From assembly GCA_009619095.1 (NCBI GenBank), contig WJOT01000080.1:1-59271 (forward strand): DNA of 59,271 bases. Direction: 5' to 3'. Below the pieces are notes generated by a model. It had not been told where the DNA came from, made no database searches, and saw only the letters and a list, made by a program, of their open reading frames with translations. Positions 16,600-24,950 of this stretch are shown piece after piece; within the stretch, counting starts at the first letter, position 1, and each line of letters begins with the position of its first letter. The DNA comes from Clostridia bacterium (GTDB lineage: Bacteria > UBA6262 > WVXT01). The position numbers and the translations under genes were made by a program.

Positions 16600-18718
16600 T
16601 TTAGGTTTAATATTTATCTTTTTATATATCCCTTGGTTTAGTGGTGGAGAAAAGATATTTCCCCGTTCATTAATCCAGGCAATAATTCTTATTTTATCAA
16701 TTCTCTACTTAGCAAAAAGGAAAAATTTTAACTCTCTTTGGAAGAAATTCTACATCTCTCCTTCACTCCATTTTCCAATCGGTCTTATTCTATTCTTTTC
16801 CTTCTTTTCAGTAGTTAATTCCACATATCTACACAATTCCCTTCTCTCTTTTATAAAAATAGTCACTTTTGTTCTCTTCTATTTTCTCTTAGTAGAACAT
16901 TTAACGGATAAAGGCATATTGAGAGGAAATTATCTATTTAAAATAATTTTCGTTTCCGCTTCAATTCTTGCAGTCATTGGTCTATTCCAGTCTTTCTTTC
17001 ATTTAGAAATTAAAGCAACTCTTCCCACTCCTGACTTTTTAGCCGGTTACTTGGCAGCGGGAATAACCCTGGGAATAACTGAACTACTGACTTTTAGAAA
17101 GAGGAGTGGTCCAAATAACATTAATATAAACATTAAGAATATAATTAGCCAACATAGAGTTCCCTTCATCATTTATCTTATAGCTACACTTATAATGTCT
17201 ATATGCTTAGTCTTGACTCGCTCGTTAAGTGGAGTACTTGCTCTTTTAGCGGCAATCATATTTATAACGATTTTTCTATACAGGAAGAGGGCAGCATATA
17301 TAATCCTTACTCTCATAGGAATATTTCTAATCTTTCCTTATACGATGAAAGTTTTTCAATTGTTGGGAGGGGAAACTCTGAAGGAGTTCTTCCTCCAGAG
17401 ATTGGGAATTTGGAGTCGATGTCTGGAAGTAATCTCAGCACATCCATTCCTGGGAGTAGGCCCGGGAAACTTTGGTAATTTTCGGATTGCTTCTGGCTAT
17501 GGCACTTATACAAAATTTGCCTACAATGAGTATTTACAAATAGGTGCTGAACTGGGAATGATTGTAGTATTTCTCGTAAGTTCCATTTTTTACATAATGG
17601 TGAAGGGAGTAAAGAAATTATTAAAGAGTAATCTCTCTCTTAATTCTCAAGCTGAGGTGGTTTCTGCCTCGGCAGGCGCTTTAGCAGTATTAACCCAGGG
17701 CCTATTTTATTTCAATCTCCACCTTCCGGCAATAACCTGTATTTTACTCTTTTTTATAACAAAGATTATGGTTGATAATCATAAACTATTTCTATCCCGG
17801 ATTTCGTCTGACGAGCAATTCAGCTCGCTTTCTGACCTGCAAGCTCCCGGGTGGCTAAGAGTGACATCTATTTCTATTCTCTCAATTTTGTTTCTCCTCG
17901 TTTCAGTAAACTATCTTGGAAACCACTATGCATATAAGGGTGAATATAGGAAGGCCGTGAAACTTGTTCCTTTGAATGCTGAATACCATAAGGAATTGGC
18001 CGATTATTACAGGAAAGAAAAAAAACAGGATAGAACGATTTCAATTTATGGGAAGATTATAAAGTTACATCCTCAAGAAGCAGATTACCATGACCGGTTA
18101 GGCCATATGTACTATCGGCTTAAAGACACAGTAAGCGCTTTAAAGGAGTTTAAATTAGCAGTAAAGCATAACCCTTACAATCCGTTTTTCCGCTTTGCCC
18201 TGGGTTCTTACTATCTAGACCGCTGGGAATTTAAGAAAGCAAAGATAGAATATCAAAAAGCAGTTGATATAGAGCCATACTATCTATTAGCCCACTTGCG
18301 GTTGGGAGAGAGCCAATTGGGTTTAAAGGAGATTGCCAGAGCCAAGGAAGAATTCTACAAGGTCTTAAAGTTGAAAGGACTACTTCCCCAATTGGTCTTC
18401 TCAGGGAGAGATTATGAAAATAGATTATTTGAATTTGATTACTCTCGTGTTTATGTGGGTTTGGGAAGGTGCTGGATGGAGGAAGGGAATCTAATTCAAG
18501 CCATTGCTGAGTACAGAAAAGCCCTGAAATTGAATCGCTATTCTGTAGCTGCCCATAGCGGACTTGCCGATGTCTACTTTATCCAGAAGAGGTACGACTT
18601 AGCAACAGATGAGATTAAAAAGGCAATAAGACTGGCTCCTCAAAGTGAAGCCTATAAGATGAACCTCAAACTAATTGAGGAAGCCATCTCAGGAGGAGTC
18701 GAACTCCCCTCAGAATAA
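16583..18718 (+). CDS. Second O-antigen ligase-like (Wzy_C) membrane protein with a long C-terminal TPR domain
   Basis: 711 aa. Wzy_C-like loop HPFLGVGPGNFGNF. The C-terminal ~250 aa are TPR repeats. Overlaps the preceding paralog by 17 nt. Confidence 0.75.
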   Translation: MLRIINLGLIFIFLYIPWFSGGEKIFPRSLIQAIILILSILYLAKRKNFNSLWKKFYISPSLHFPIGLILFFSFFSVVNSTYLHNSLLSFIKIVTFVLFYFLLVEHLTDKGILRGNYLFKIIFVSASILAVIGLFQSFFHLEIKATLPTPDFLAGYLAAGITLGITELLTFRKRSGPNNININIKNIISQHRVPFIIYLIATLIMSICLVLTRSLSGVLALLAAIIFITIFLYRKRAAYIILTLIGIFLIFPYTMKVFQLLGGETLKEFFLQRLGIWSRCLEVISAHPFLGVGPGNFGNFRIASGYGTYTKFAYNEYLQIGAELGMIVVFLVSSIFYIMVKGVKKLLKSNLSLNSQAEVVSASAGALAVLTQGLFYFNLHLPAITCILLFFITKIMVDNHKLFLSRISSDEQFSSLSDLQAPGWLRVTSISILSILFLLVSVNYLGNHYAYKGEYRKAVKLVPLNAEYHKELADYYRKEKKQDRTISIYGKIIKLHPQEADYHDRLGHMYYRLKDTVSALKEFKLAVKHNPYNPFFRFALGSYYLDRWEFKKAKIEYQKAVDIEPYYLLAHLRLGESQLGLKEIARAKEEFYKVLKLKGLLPQLVFSGRDYENRLFEFDYSRVYVGLGRCWMEEGNLIQAIAEYRKALKLNRYSVAAHSGLADVYFIQKRYDLATDEIKKAIRLAPQSEAYKMNLKLIEEAISGGVELPSE

Positions 18719-18723
18719 GTCTA

Positions 18724-18792
18724 GGAGTAGCTCCGATTCATCGGAGCGTATCTCTTGATTATTCGGTAGTCGGGCTCGTCCCTGAGCCCGAC
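18724..18792. repeat. Hairpin-repeat modules after the second ligase-like gene
   Basis: ggagtag followed by gctccgattcatcggagc (18730-47). This is a compensatory variant of gtcccgattcatcgggac at 56737 and 57655. gtcgggctc-gtccct-gagcccgac is at 18769-92. Confidence 0.8.
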
Positions 18793-18818
18793 ATTGCCTA
18801 AAGCCTTAAAAATAGGGC

Positions 18819-18847
18819 TTGACAAAAGGGGAAAGTTATGATATACT
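18819..18847 (+). promoter_or_regulatory. Putative sigma70 promoter of the GbsR/MarR-type regulator gene
   Basis: TTGACA (18819-24), a 17-nt spacer, then TGaTATACT (18839-47). Confidence 0.6.
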
Positions 18848-18849
18848 TT

Positions 18850-18876
18850 GTTTAGAACATTCTAAACGTTCTAAAC
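18850..18876 (+). promoter_or_regulatory. Putative operator: an 18-bp palindrome plus a third half-site over the predicted transcription start
   Basis: gtttagaa-ca-ttctaaac (18850-18867) is a perfect inverted repeat. It is directly followed by gttctaaac (18868-18876). Confidence 0.55.
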
Positions 18877-18900
18877 CAACTATCAGAAAGCCATAAAATT

Positions 18901-19404
18901 ATGGAAAACCCTGAACTTGATAAAATAAGAGACGAATTCACAGAAATTGCTGGTCAGCTGGGTGTGCGCCTGGGACTTAGCCGCACTGTGGGCCAGCTAT
19001 ACGCATTGCTTTTCCTAAGTGATGAGCCACTCTGTCTCGATTACATGGTGGAAAGATTAAAAATAAGCAAGGGGAGCGCAAGTACAAATATTCGGGAATT
19101 GGAAAAATGGGGTGGGGTGAGAAAGGTATGGGTGAAGGGTTCCCGAAAGGATTTTTATGAGGCAAACCCTGATACCTTGAAAATAGTAATTAACAGGTTT
19201 AAAAGCGGCATACAGGAAAGAGTAAATGAAATGTCAGGAGGAATAGATAAATTTGAGAAAGCCTTATCTAAGATAGAAAACAGCCTTTCTGTAGAGGAGA
19301 AAAAGAAGGCTCAGTTCTACAAAGAGAAATTCAGAAAAGTGAAGAAAATGCAAACTCTGATCAATACCTTTTTGAAAATCATCCCCAAGAAAATTTTCCT
19401 ATGA
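18901..19404 (+). CDS. Winged-helix transcriptional regulator, GbsR/MarR-like
   Basis: 167 aa. GLSRTVGQLYALLFLSDEPLCLDYMVERLKISKGSASTNIRELEKWG resembles the GbsR/MarR wHTH core. Confidence 0.7.
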   Translation: MENPELDKIRDEFTEIAGQLGVRLGLSRTVGQLYALLFLSDEPLCLDYMVERLKISKGSASTNIRELEKWGGVRKVWVKGSRKDFYEANPDTLKIVINRFKSGIQERVNEMSGGIDKFEKALSKIENSLSVEEKKKAQFYKEKFRKVKKMQTLINTFLKIIPKKIFL

Positions 19405-19435
19405 AAAGAACTTTGAAAAAGATACAACCACTTCC

Positions 19436-19458
19436 GGAGTCCTTCCGAAAGGAAGGGA
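19436..19458 (+). repeat. Diverged family-F hairpin with compensatory stem changes
   Basis: ggagtccttccgaaaggaaggga compared with ggagtcctcccgaaagggagga. The stem tccc/ggga has become ttcc/ggaa. Confidence 0.7.
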
Positions 19459-19524
19459 ACATTCCAGATGGTTCTTTCTTCGCTAAAGAGACCGTTGAGC
19501 GACAATCTTGAGTCCAGGTGATGT

Positions 19525-20670
19525 ATGAAAATAGGAGTCTGCATGATTAGTGCATATTTTCCTCCAGTCGTTGGGGGAACCGAAATACAAACTTTGAGGC
19601 TGGCCAGGGCATTAATCGCTCGAAATGTAAATCCTTTTGTTATTACCGAAAGGTTAAAAGGACTGAAGAGATTTGAAAAGGTAGATGGGGTTCCAGTTTA
19701 TAGATTGTTCACTTTGGGTTTGGGAACTGTTGCTTCCTTGTCATTTATGTTTTCATCATTTCTTTTCCTGATGAAAAATCGAAGGAAATACCAGATTATC
19801 CATGCCCATTTAGCGTCTTCCCCGGCAATTACAGCAGCAATTGCAGGCAAACTGCTGAGAAAGAAGGTTATCGTGAAATTTGGGCGCTCCGGGAAAGTAG
19901 GAGATATCCAAACTTCCGATAGAACTTGTCTTGGAAGGGCCAAACTCAAAATTCTAATGAAATATGGTGACGTTTTCGTTTGTCCCAGTGAGGAAGTGAA
20001 GAGGGAATCAATAGACTATGGATTTGCTAAAAGGAAGGTAGTAAAGATTCCCAATGGTGTAGATACAGCCCTTTTTCATCCAGTCGACGACCTACAAAAA
20101 CAGGACTTGAAGAGACGCTTCAATTTTCCATCACTCCCAATTCTCATCTACTCGGGGAGGCTCGAGTCGGTTAAAGGACTGGCAGTATTATTCATGGCCT
20201 GGCAAATAGTCATAAAATCTGAAAAAGAAGGTTACCTGCTTATTATAGGCAATGGTTCTCAGAAAGGTAGCTTGATTAGTTTAGCCAAGGAGTTAAAAAT
20301 TATTGAATCTATAAAATTTACTGGTCAAGTTGATAATGTCAATGAATACCTTCAAACTGGTAATGGCTTTGTCTTTCCTTCAACTGCGGAAGGATTATCT
20401 AATGCACTGCTGGAAGCAATGGCTTCAGAACTGCCGATTGTAGCCACCAAGATAGGTGGCACAGAAGAAGTAATTGAGAATAAAAAGAATGGATTCTTAG
20501 TTGAACCGGGCAAAGTGCACCAATTTGCAGAAGGAATAATAACATTACTAAGCCAGCCTGAAGTTGGTCATAAATTGGGCCGAGAGGCAAGGCGGACAAT
20601 TGAAGAAAATTACTCCATAGGTATGGTAGCCCAGAAGCATGTACAATTATATGAGGAAATGATTAAATGA
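19525..20670 (+). CDS. Glycosyltransferase family 4 (GT-B fold)
   Basis: 381 aa. N-terminal YFPPVVGGTEIQ. C-terminal EX7E region PSTAEGLSNALLEAMASELPIVATKIGG. Confidence 0.85.
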   Translation: MKIGVCMISAYFPPVVGGTEIQTLRLARALIARNVNPFVITERLKGLKRFEKVDGVPVYRLFTLGLGTVASLSFMFSSFLFLMKNRRKYQIIHAHLASSPAITAAIAGKLLRKKVIVKFGRSGKVGDIQTSDRTCLGRAKLKILMKYGDVFVCPSEEVKRESIDYGFAKRKVVKIPNGVDTALFHPVDDLQKQDLKRRFNFPSLPILIYSGRLESVKGLAVLFMAWQIVIKSEKEGYLLIIGNGSQKGSLISLAKELKIIESIKFTGQVDNVNEYLQTGNGFVFPSTAEGLSNALLEAMASELPIVATKIGGTEEVIENKKNGFLVEPGKVHQFAEGIITLLSQPEVGHKLGREARRTIEENYSIGMVAQKHVQLYEEMIK

Positions 20671-20876
20671 GATTTGCGTTGGTAGACCACGATACCAATT
20701 ATTTCACAAAACCAGAACAATTGGAAAATGTATACGAAAAAATCTGGGATAAAATACCGATATGTTTATCAAATTTAAAGAAGGTAGGAGAGACCGCGCG
20801 AATGAAGATATCAGACAATTTTTTTATTTCCCGAATTATTTCCTTCTATATTCAGGAGGTTTATTTTGGGACTTAA
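20667..20876 (+). pseudogene. Probable relic of a GT4 glycosyltransferase C-terminus (69-codon ORF)
   Basis: VGETARMKISDNFFISRIISFYIQEVY resembles the terminal helix region of the intact GT4 genes in this window. It has no N-terminal domain. Confidence 0.45.
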
Positions 20877-22440
20877 AATTGTCAGCACAAATTTAAAGAT
20901 AGCAAAAGCAGCATTAATTTTGATAGTTGCAAGTACTTGCGGGCATATACTAAGTTTAGGAAAGGAAATCCTTGTTGCAAATTATTTTGGAATTACAAAG
21001 GTTATGGATGCTTTTTATGCAGCAATTACTGTTCCAAATTTAATAAATAGTGTTCTATTATCAACATTTGGAGCTGTTTTTATTCCTATATTTATTAGGT
21101 ATAAACTTAAAGACAAAAGTGAAGCAAATCATATTTCTTCAGTAATCACAAATTATCTTTTTATTTTTTTTATCTTTGCGTCTTTATTTCTTTATATTTT
21201 TGCTCCCTGGATTATCAGATTTGGTTTCCATGGTTTAAAACCAGAGACTATTAATTTAGCAATAAAGATGTTGCGTATAGTCTGCTTTACCCTTATTTTA
21301 AGTGGGCTGATAGGGATTATGGCTGGCATTCTTAATGCTTTTGAGCATTTTGCTTGGCCGGCTTTTTCTCAGATGTTTATTACAATTAGCACAATTTTGT
21401 TTATTTTATTCTTTGTAAAACAGCTGAACATTTTTACCCTTATTTATGGATTACTTGTAGGTTTAATTCTGCAATTCCTTTTCTTAATTCCTATTACAAG
21501 GGGAAAAGGGTATCATCATTACTTTGATTTTAACCGGAAACACCCGGCAATAAAAGAAATGATATCCTTAGGTTTTATTTTTTTCATAGCTATTATTGCC
21601 TCTCAATTGAATATCGTTGTTGACAGAATTATGGCCTCTTATCTTGCTCCCGGGAGTATCGCTGCTCTCGGCTATGCAGGAAAACTTGTTCAGGTTCCTT
21701 TGGTGATTTTTTCTTCATCTATTGCTATTGTAGTTTTCCCGTTCTTTTCATCTCAGGTTGCTGAAAACAAAATTGAAGAACTGAAGGATTCTGTTACCAA
21801 AAGCATAAGGATGTCTGGCTTTATCTTTATACCCTTAACTGTGATCTTAGTTATTCTTGCTAAACCGGTAATAAAGCTCTTATTCGAGAGGGGAATGTTT
21901 GATTCTCATGCAACATATTTAACCTCAGTAATTCTCATATGCTATTCTTTTCAATTTTTCTTTTATACAGTAGGAATGATTCTGGGAAGAGTATTTCTTG
22001 CTTTACAGGATATGATAACCCTTTTAAAGATAACTATCGTCGGAGTAATAATGAACATAATCTTAAATTTCGTTTTTATAAAAGCTATCAACCCTCCCGC
22101 TGCCGGAATTGCTCTTTCTACCTCGGGAATATATTTAATAACGATGTTTCTCCTTTTTGCCTTTTTAAAAAAGAAAATGATTTATTTGGATGAAAAATAC
22201 ATCTTAAAAGGGTTAGTTAAGATAGGTTTAAGTTCTATTATTATGGGGTTAGGAATTTTCTGGATATTTAACATTTTTCAAAAGTTTATTAATTTGGGTT
22301 CAATCCTAGGGCAGATGTTTTTTTTACTAATCGTAGTTTTTATATGGTTGGCTATATATATTAAGGTATCTTCCAGTTTGAAGTTATCTGAGGTAAGTAA
22401 GATCAAAGAATTAATTTATGTTAAATTCTGGAAGGGGTAA
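20866..22440 (+). CDS. murJ: MurJ/MviN-family (MOP superfamily) lipid-linked glycan flippase
   Basis: 524 aa with about 14 TM segments. N-terminal GKEILVANYFGITKVMDAFYAAITVPNLI matches the MurJ signature region. TTG start. Confidence 0.7.
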   Translation: MGLKIVSTNLKIAKAALILIVASTCGHILSLGKEILVANYFGITKVMDAFYAAITVPNLINSVLLSTFGAVFIPIFIRYKLKDKSEANHISSVITNYLFIFFIFASLFLYIFAPWIIRFGFHGLKPETINLAIKMLRIVCFTLILSGLIGIMAGILNAFEHFAWPAFSQMFITISTILFILFFVKQLNIFTLIYGLLVGLILQFLFLIPITRGKGYHHYFDFNRKHPAIKEMISLGFIFFIAIIASQLNIVVDRIMASYLAPGSIAALGYAGKLVQVPLVIFSSSIAIVVFPFFSSQVAENKIEELKDSVTKSIRMSGFIFIPLTVILVILAKPVIKLLFERGMFDSHATYLTSVILICYSFQFFFYTVGMILGRVFLALQDMITLLKITIVGVIMNIILNFVFIKAINPPAAGIALSTSGIYLITMFLLFAFLKKKMIYLDEKYILKGLVKIGLSSIIMGLGIFWIFNIFQKFINLGSILGQMFFLLIVVFIWLAIYIKVSSSLKLSEVSKIKELIYVKFWKG

Positions 22441-22466
22441 ATATTTACAAATTTTAATAAAGATTT

Positions 22467-23990
22467 TTGTCAGAATGTGAAAAGAGGGGAAAAATTGTGA
22501 TTAAGAAGAAAAACGTCATTTTATTTTATCCTAAATTTACACCTAAATCTCGAAATTGCCTTCCAATTAGCCTATTGGCATTGGCGAGGATGGTCAATCA
22601 AGACAAATATAACTTAGTTATTATTAACGCCACAACTGATGAGAGCTATTTAGAGAAAGCTGTTAAATACACTCAAGAAGCTCTTTGCTTTGGAGTATCC
22701 ACCATAGCTGGATACCAGATTATTGACGCTCTGAAAGTATCTCAGGCTGTAAAGAAAAATAATCCTTCCCTCCCCATTATTTGGGGAGGATATTGGCCAA
22801 GTTCGGCACCAAAAGAAACTTTAAGTAATCCTTATGTCGATATCGTGGTTAAGGGACAAGGAGAAATTGCTTTTAAGGAGCTTCTTTTTCACATAGAGGA
22901 AGATAAATCTTTAGAAGGAGTATCAGGTATATTTTACAAGACAAAAAATGGAAAAATTGTAGAAAACCCAAACAGGACATTACAAGATATTAACCAATTT
23001 CCGTCATTACCATATAATTTAGTGGATGCAAACCGATGTATCCGCTACCATTTCTTATGGGGACCTTCTCTTGATTATTATACTTCTCAGGGGTGTCCGT
23101 ATAATTGCAAGTTTTGTGCAGAACCGATATTTTCGGGTAGGAAATGGACTGGTCTAACTCCAGAAAGAGTGGTTAAAGATGTAGAGTATTTGGTAAATTC
23201 TTACCAAATCGATTCCATTCGCCTTGTTGACCCTGAAGTTCTTATCAATAAGAAGAGAATTTTGGAAATCTGCAAAAAAATTATTGAGAAAAAAATAAAG
23301 GTAAATTTTACAACTGTTGATACTAGAGTAGATACTTTGATGTCTTATAGTGATGAGGAATGGAAACTGATGGAAACAGCAGGAATACACGAGTTTTCAA
23401 TTGGAATTGAATCTGGAAGTAACCAAGCCTTAAAAGCAATTGGGAAGAATTTCGCGGTTGAGGATATAATCGCTCTCTTTGAGCGTATGAGAAATTATGA
23501 TTTTAAAAGTTACTTAAGTATTATGGTAGGAATACCTAGCATAGATATAAAAAAAGAATTTTTAGCAACTTGGAAATTAGTAGATATGATCCTAAAGAAA
23601 TATCGCTCTTTAATCTCTACGATGTCCGTTGTAAATTATACTCCTTATCCAGGAACGGAGTTATATAACCAAGCAATTAAAGAAGGATTTATCCCTCCTA
23701 AAAATTTGGTCAATTGGGGTTATGTAGATCATTATAGTCTGTATCCTTGCCCTTGGAGGCCAATGAAGTATCAAAAAGCTGTTAATTATATTGACTTGTA
23801 TGTTTTGCCGTATTTTTTTGAACCTGCTCCACAAAAGACTATATTTCATAGGATATTTTATGGTATTCTAAAAAATATATATCGAATCCGATGGAAATAT
23901 CGCTGGTTTAATTTATTTTTTGAAAAGCGTTTGCTTGATGCTATTAACAAGAGGTATCTTAGGAGGATACCTAAAAGTAAAAAAATGTAA
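22467..23990 (+). CDS. B12-binding-domain radical SAM protein
   Basis: N-terminal Rossmann-like B12 domain, then the CPYNCKFC CX3CX2C cluster motif. The alternative GTG start at 22497 is preceded by AAGAGGGGA. Confidence 0.8.
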   Translation: MSECEKRGKIVIKKKNVILFYPKFTPKSRNCLPISLLALARMVNQDKYNLVIINATTDESYLEKAVKYTQEALCFGVSTIAGYQIIDALKVSQAVKKNNPSLPIIWGGYWPSSAPKETLSNPYVDIVVKGQGEIAFKELLFHIEEDKSLEGVSGIFYKTKNGKIVENPNRTLQDINQFPSLPYNLVDANRCIRYHFLWGPSLDYYTSQGCPYNCKFCAEPIFSGRKWTGLTPERVVKDVEYLVNSYQIDSIRLVDPEVLINKKRILEICKKIIEKKIKVNFTTVDTRVDTLMSYSDEEWKLMETAGIHEFSIGIESGSNQALKAIGKNFAVEDIIALFERMRNYDFKSYLSIMVGIPSIDIKKEFLATWKLVDMILKKYRSLISTMSVVNYTPYPGTELYNQAIKEGFIPPKNLVNWGYVDHYSLYPCPWRPMKYQKAVNYIDLYVLPYFFEPAPQKTIFHRIFYGILKNIYRIRWKYRWFNLFFEKRLLDAINKRYLRRIPKSKKM

Positions 23991-23999
23991 GAGGGAAAA

Positions 24000-24950
24000 G
24001 TGAAAAATAGATTATTAAAACTCCTTTGCTGCCCTAAATGTAAAGCGGATTTAGGTATACGTAAATCCAAAAGTGCAAAGAGTGAAATTGAAAGCGGCAT
24101 TTTGCATTGTCCCGTTTGTCAAAGGGAATATCAAATCATAAATTTTATCCCTCGGTTTGTTTCAACGGATAAATATGTGGAAAGTTTCAGTTTTGAGTGG
24201 AAAATTCATAAAAAAACGCAGTTAGACAGCGCAACAGGAAAGACAGAATCCAAGGTTACATTTATACAAAAGATCGGTACTAAAGTTGAAAACTTGAGAA
24301 ATAAGATTGTTCTGGATGTGGGTTGTGGAATGGGACGATTCATGGAAGTAGTTCAGCCCTATGCAAAGGAAGTAATAGGAATAGATTTATCCTTTGCTGT
24401 AGATTCTGCACATGAAAATCTAAAAAAGTTTGATAATGTTCATTTTATACAGGCTGATGTTTTTAACCTTCCGCTCAAAAATAATACGTTTGATTATATT
24501 TACAGCATAGGCGTTTTACACCATACTCCTGACACTAAGAGAGCATTTATGAAGCTTCCATGTATTTTGAAAAGCGGAGGAGAAATTGCTATCTGGGTTT
24601 ATTCTGACGAAACAGGTTATACACGAATCAGAAATAGGTTTACTGATTTTTATAGAATTTTTACTACTCATCTGCCAAAGAAATTATTGTGGTATTTGTC
24701 TCATTTGGCGATTCCCTTTTACTACTGTAAAAAAATTTCAAAAGTTGGAGCTTTTCTCGACCTTGTTTTTCCTACGAGCAATCATCCTGTTATCGAGTGG
24801 CGTGTACTTGATACGTTTGATTGGTATTCGCCAAAATATCAGCGCAAGCATACTCGGGATGAGGTTATTAACTGGTTTAAGGAAGCCGGGCTAAAAGATA
24901 TCGAAGCGTCAGATTTTCCAGTAGCAGTTAAGGGTAGGAAACGAAAATGA
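24000..24950 (+). CDS. Class I SAM-dependent methyltransferase with an N-terminal Trm112-like zinc ribbon
   Basis: CPKC...CPVC ribbon. Motif I is VLDVGCGMGRF. GTG start. Confidence 0.8.
   Translation: MKNRLLKLLCCPKCKADLGIRKSKSAKSEIESGILHCPVCQREYQIINFIPRFVSTDKYVESFSFEWKIHKKTQLDSATGKTESKVTFIQKIGTKVENLRNKIVLDVGCGMGRFMEVVQPYAKEVIGIDLSFAVDSAHENLKKFDNVHFIQADVFNLPLKNNTFDYIYSIGVLHHTPDTKRAFMKLPCILKSGGEIAIWVYSDETGYTRIRNRFTDFYRIFTTHLPKKLLWYLSHLAIPFYYCKKISKVGAFLDLVFPTSNHPVIEWRVLDTFDWYSPKYQRKHTRDEVINWFKEAGLKDIEASDFPVAVKGRKRK

Noticed and set aside
24586-24894. 102-aa + strand ORF overlapping the methyltransferase gene in another frame. Similar same-strand overlapping ORFs occur at 8588-8830, 9317-9505, 17203-17478, 21939-22193, 33409-33603, 40858-41091, 42686-42925 and 49443-49688.
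   Set aside because: All are embedded in longer ORFs with clear family motifs. Their translations are compositionally odd, and they lack ribosome binding sites.
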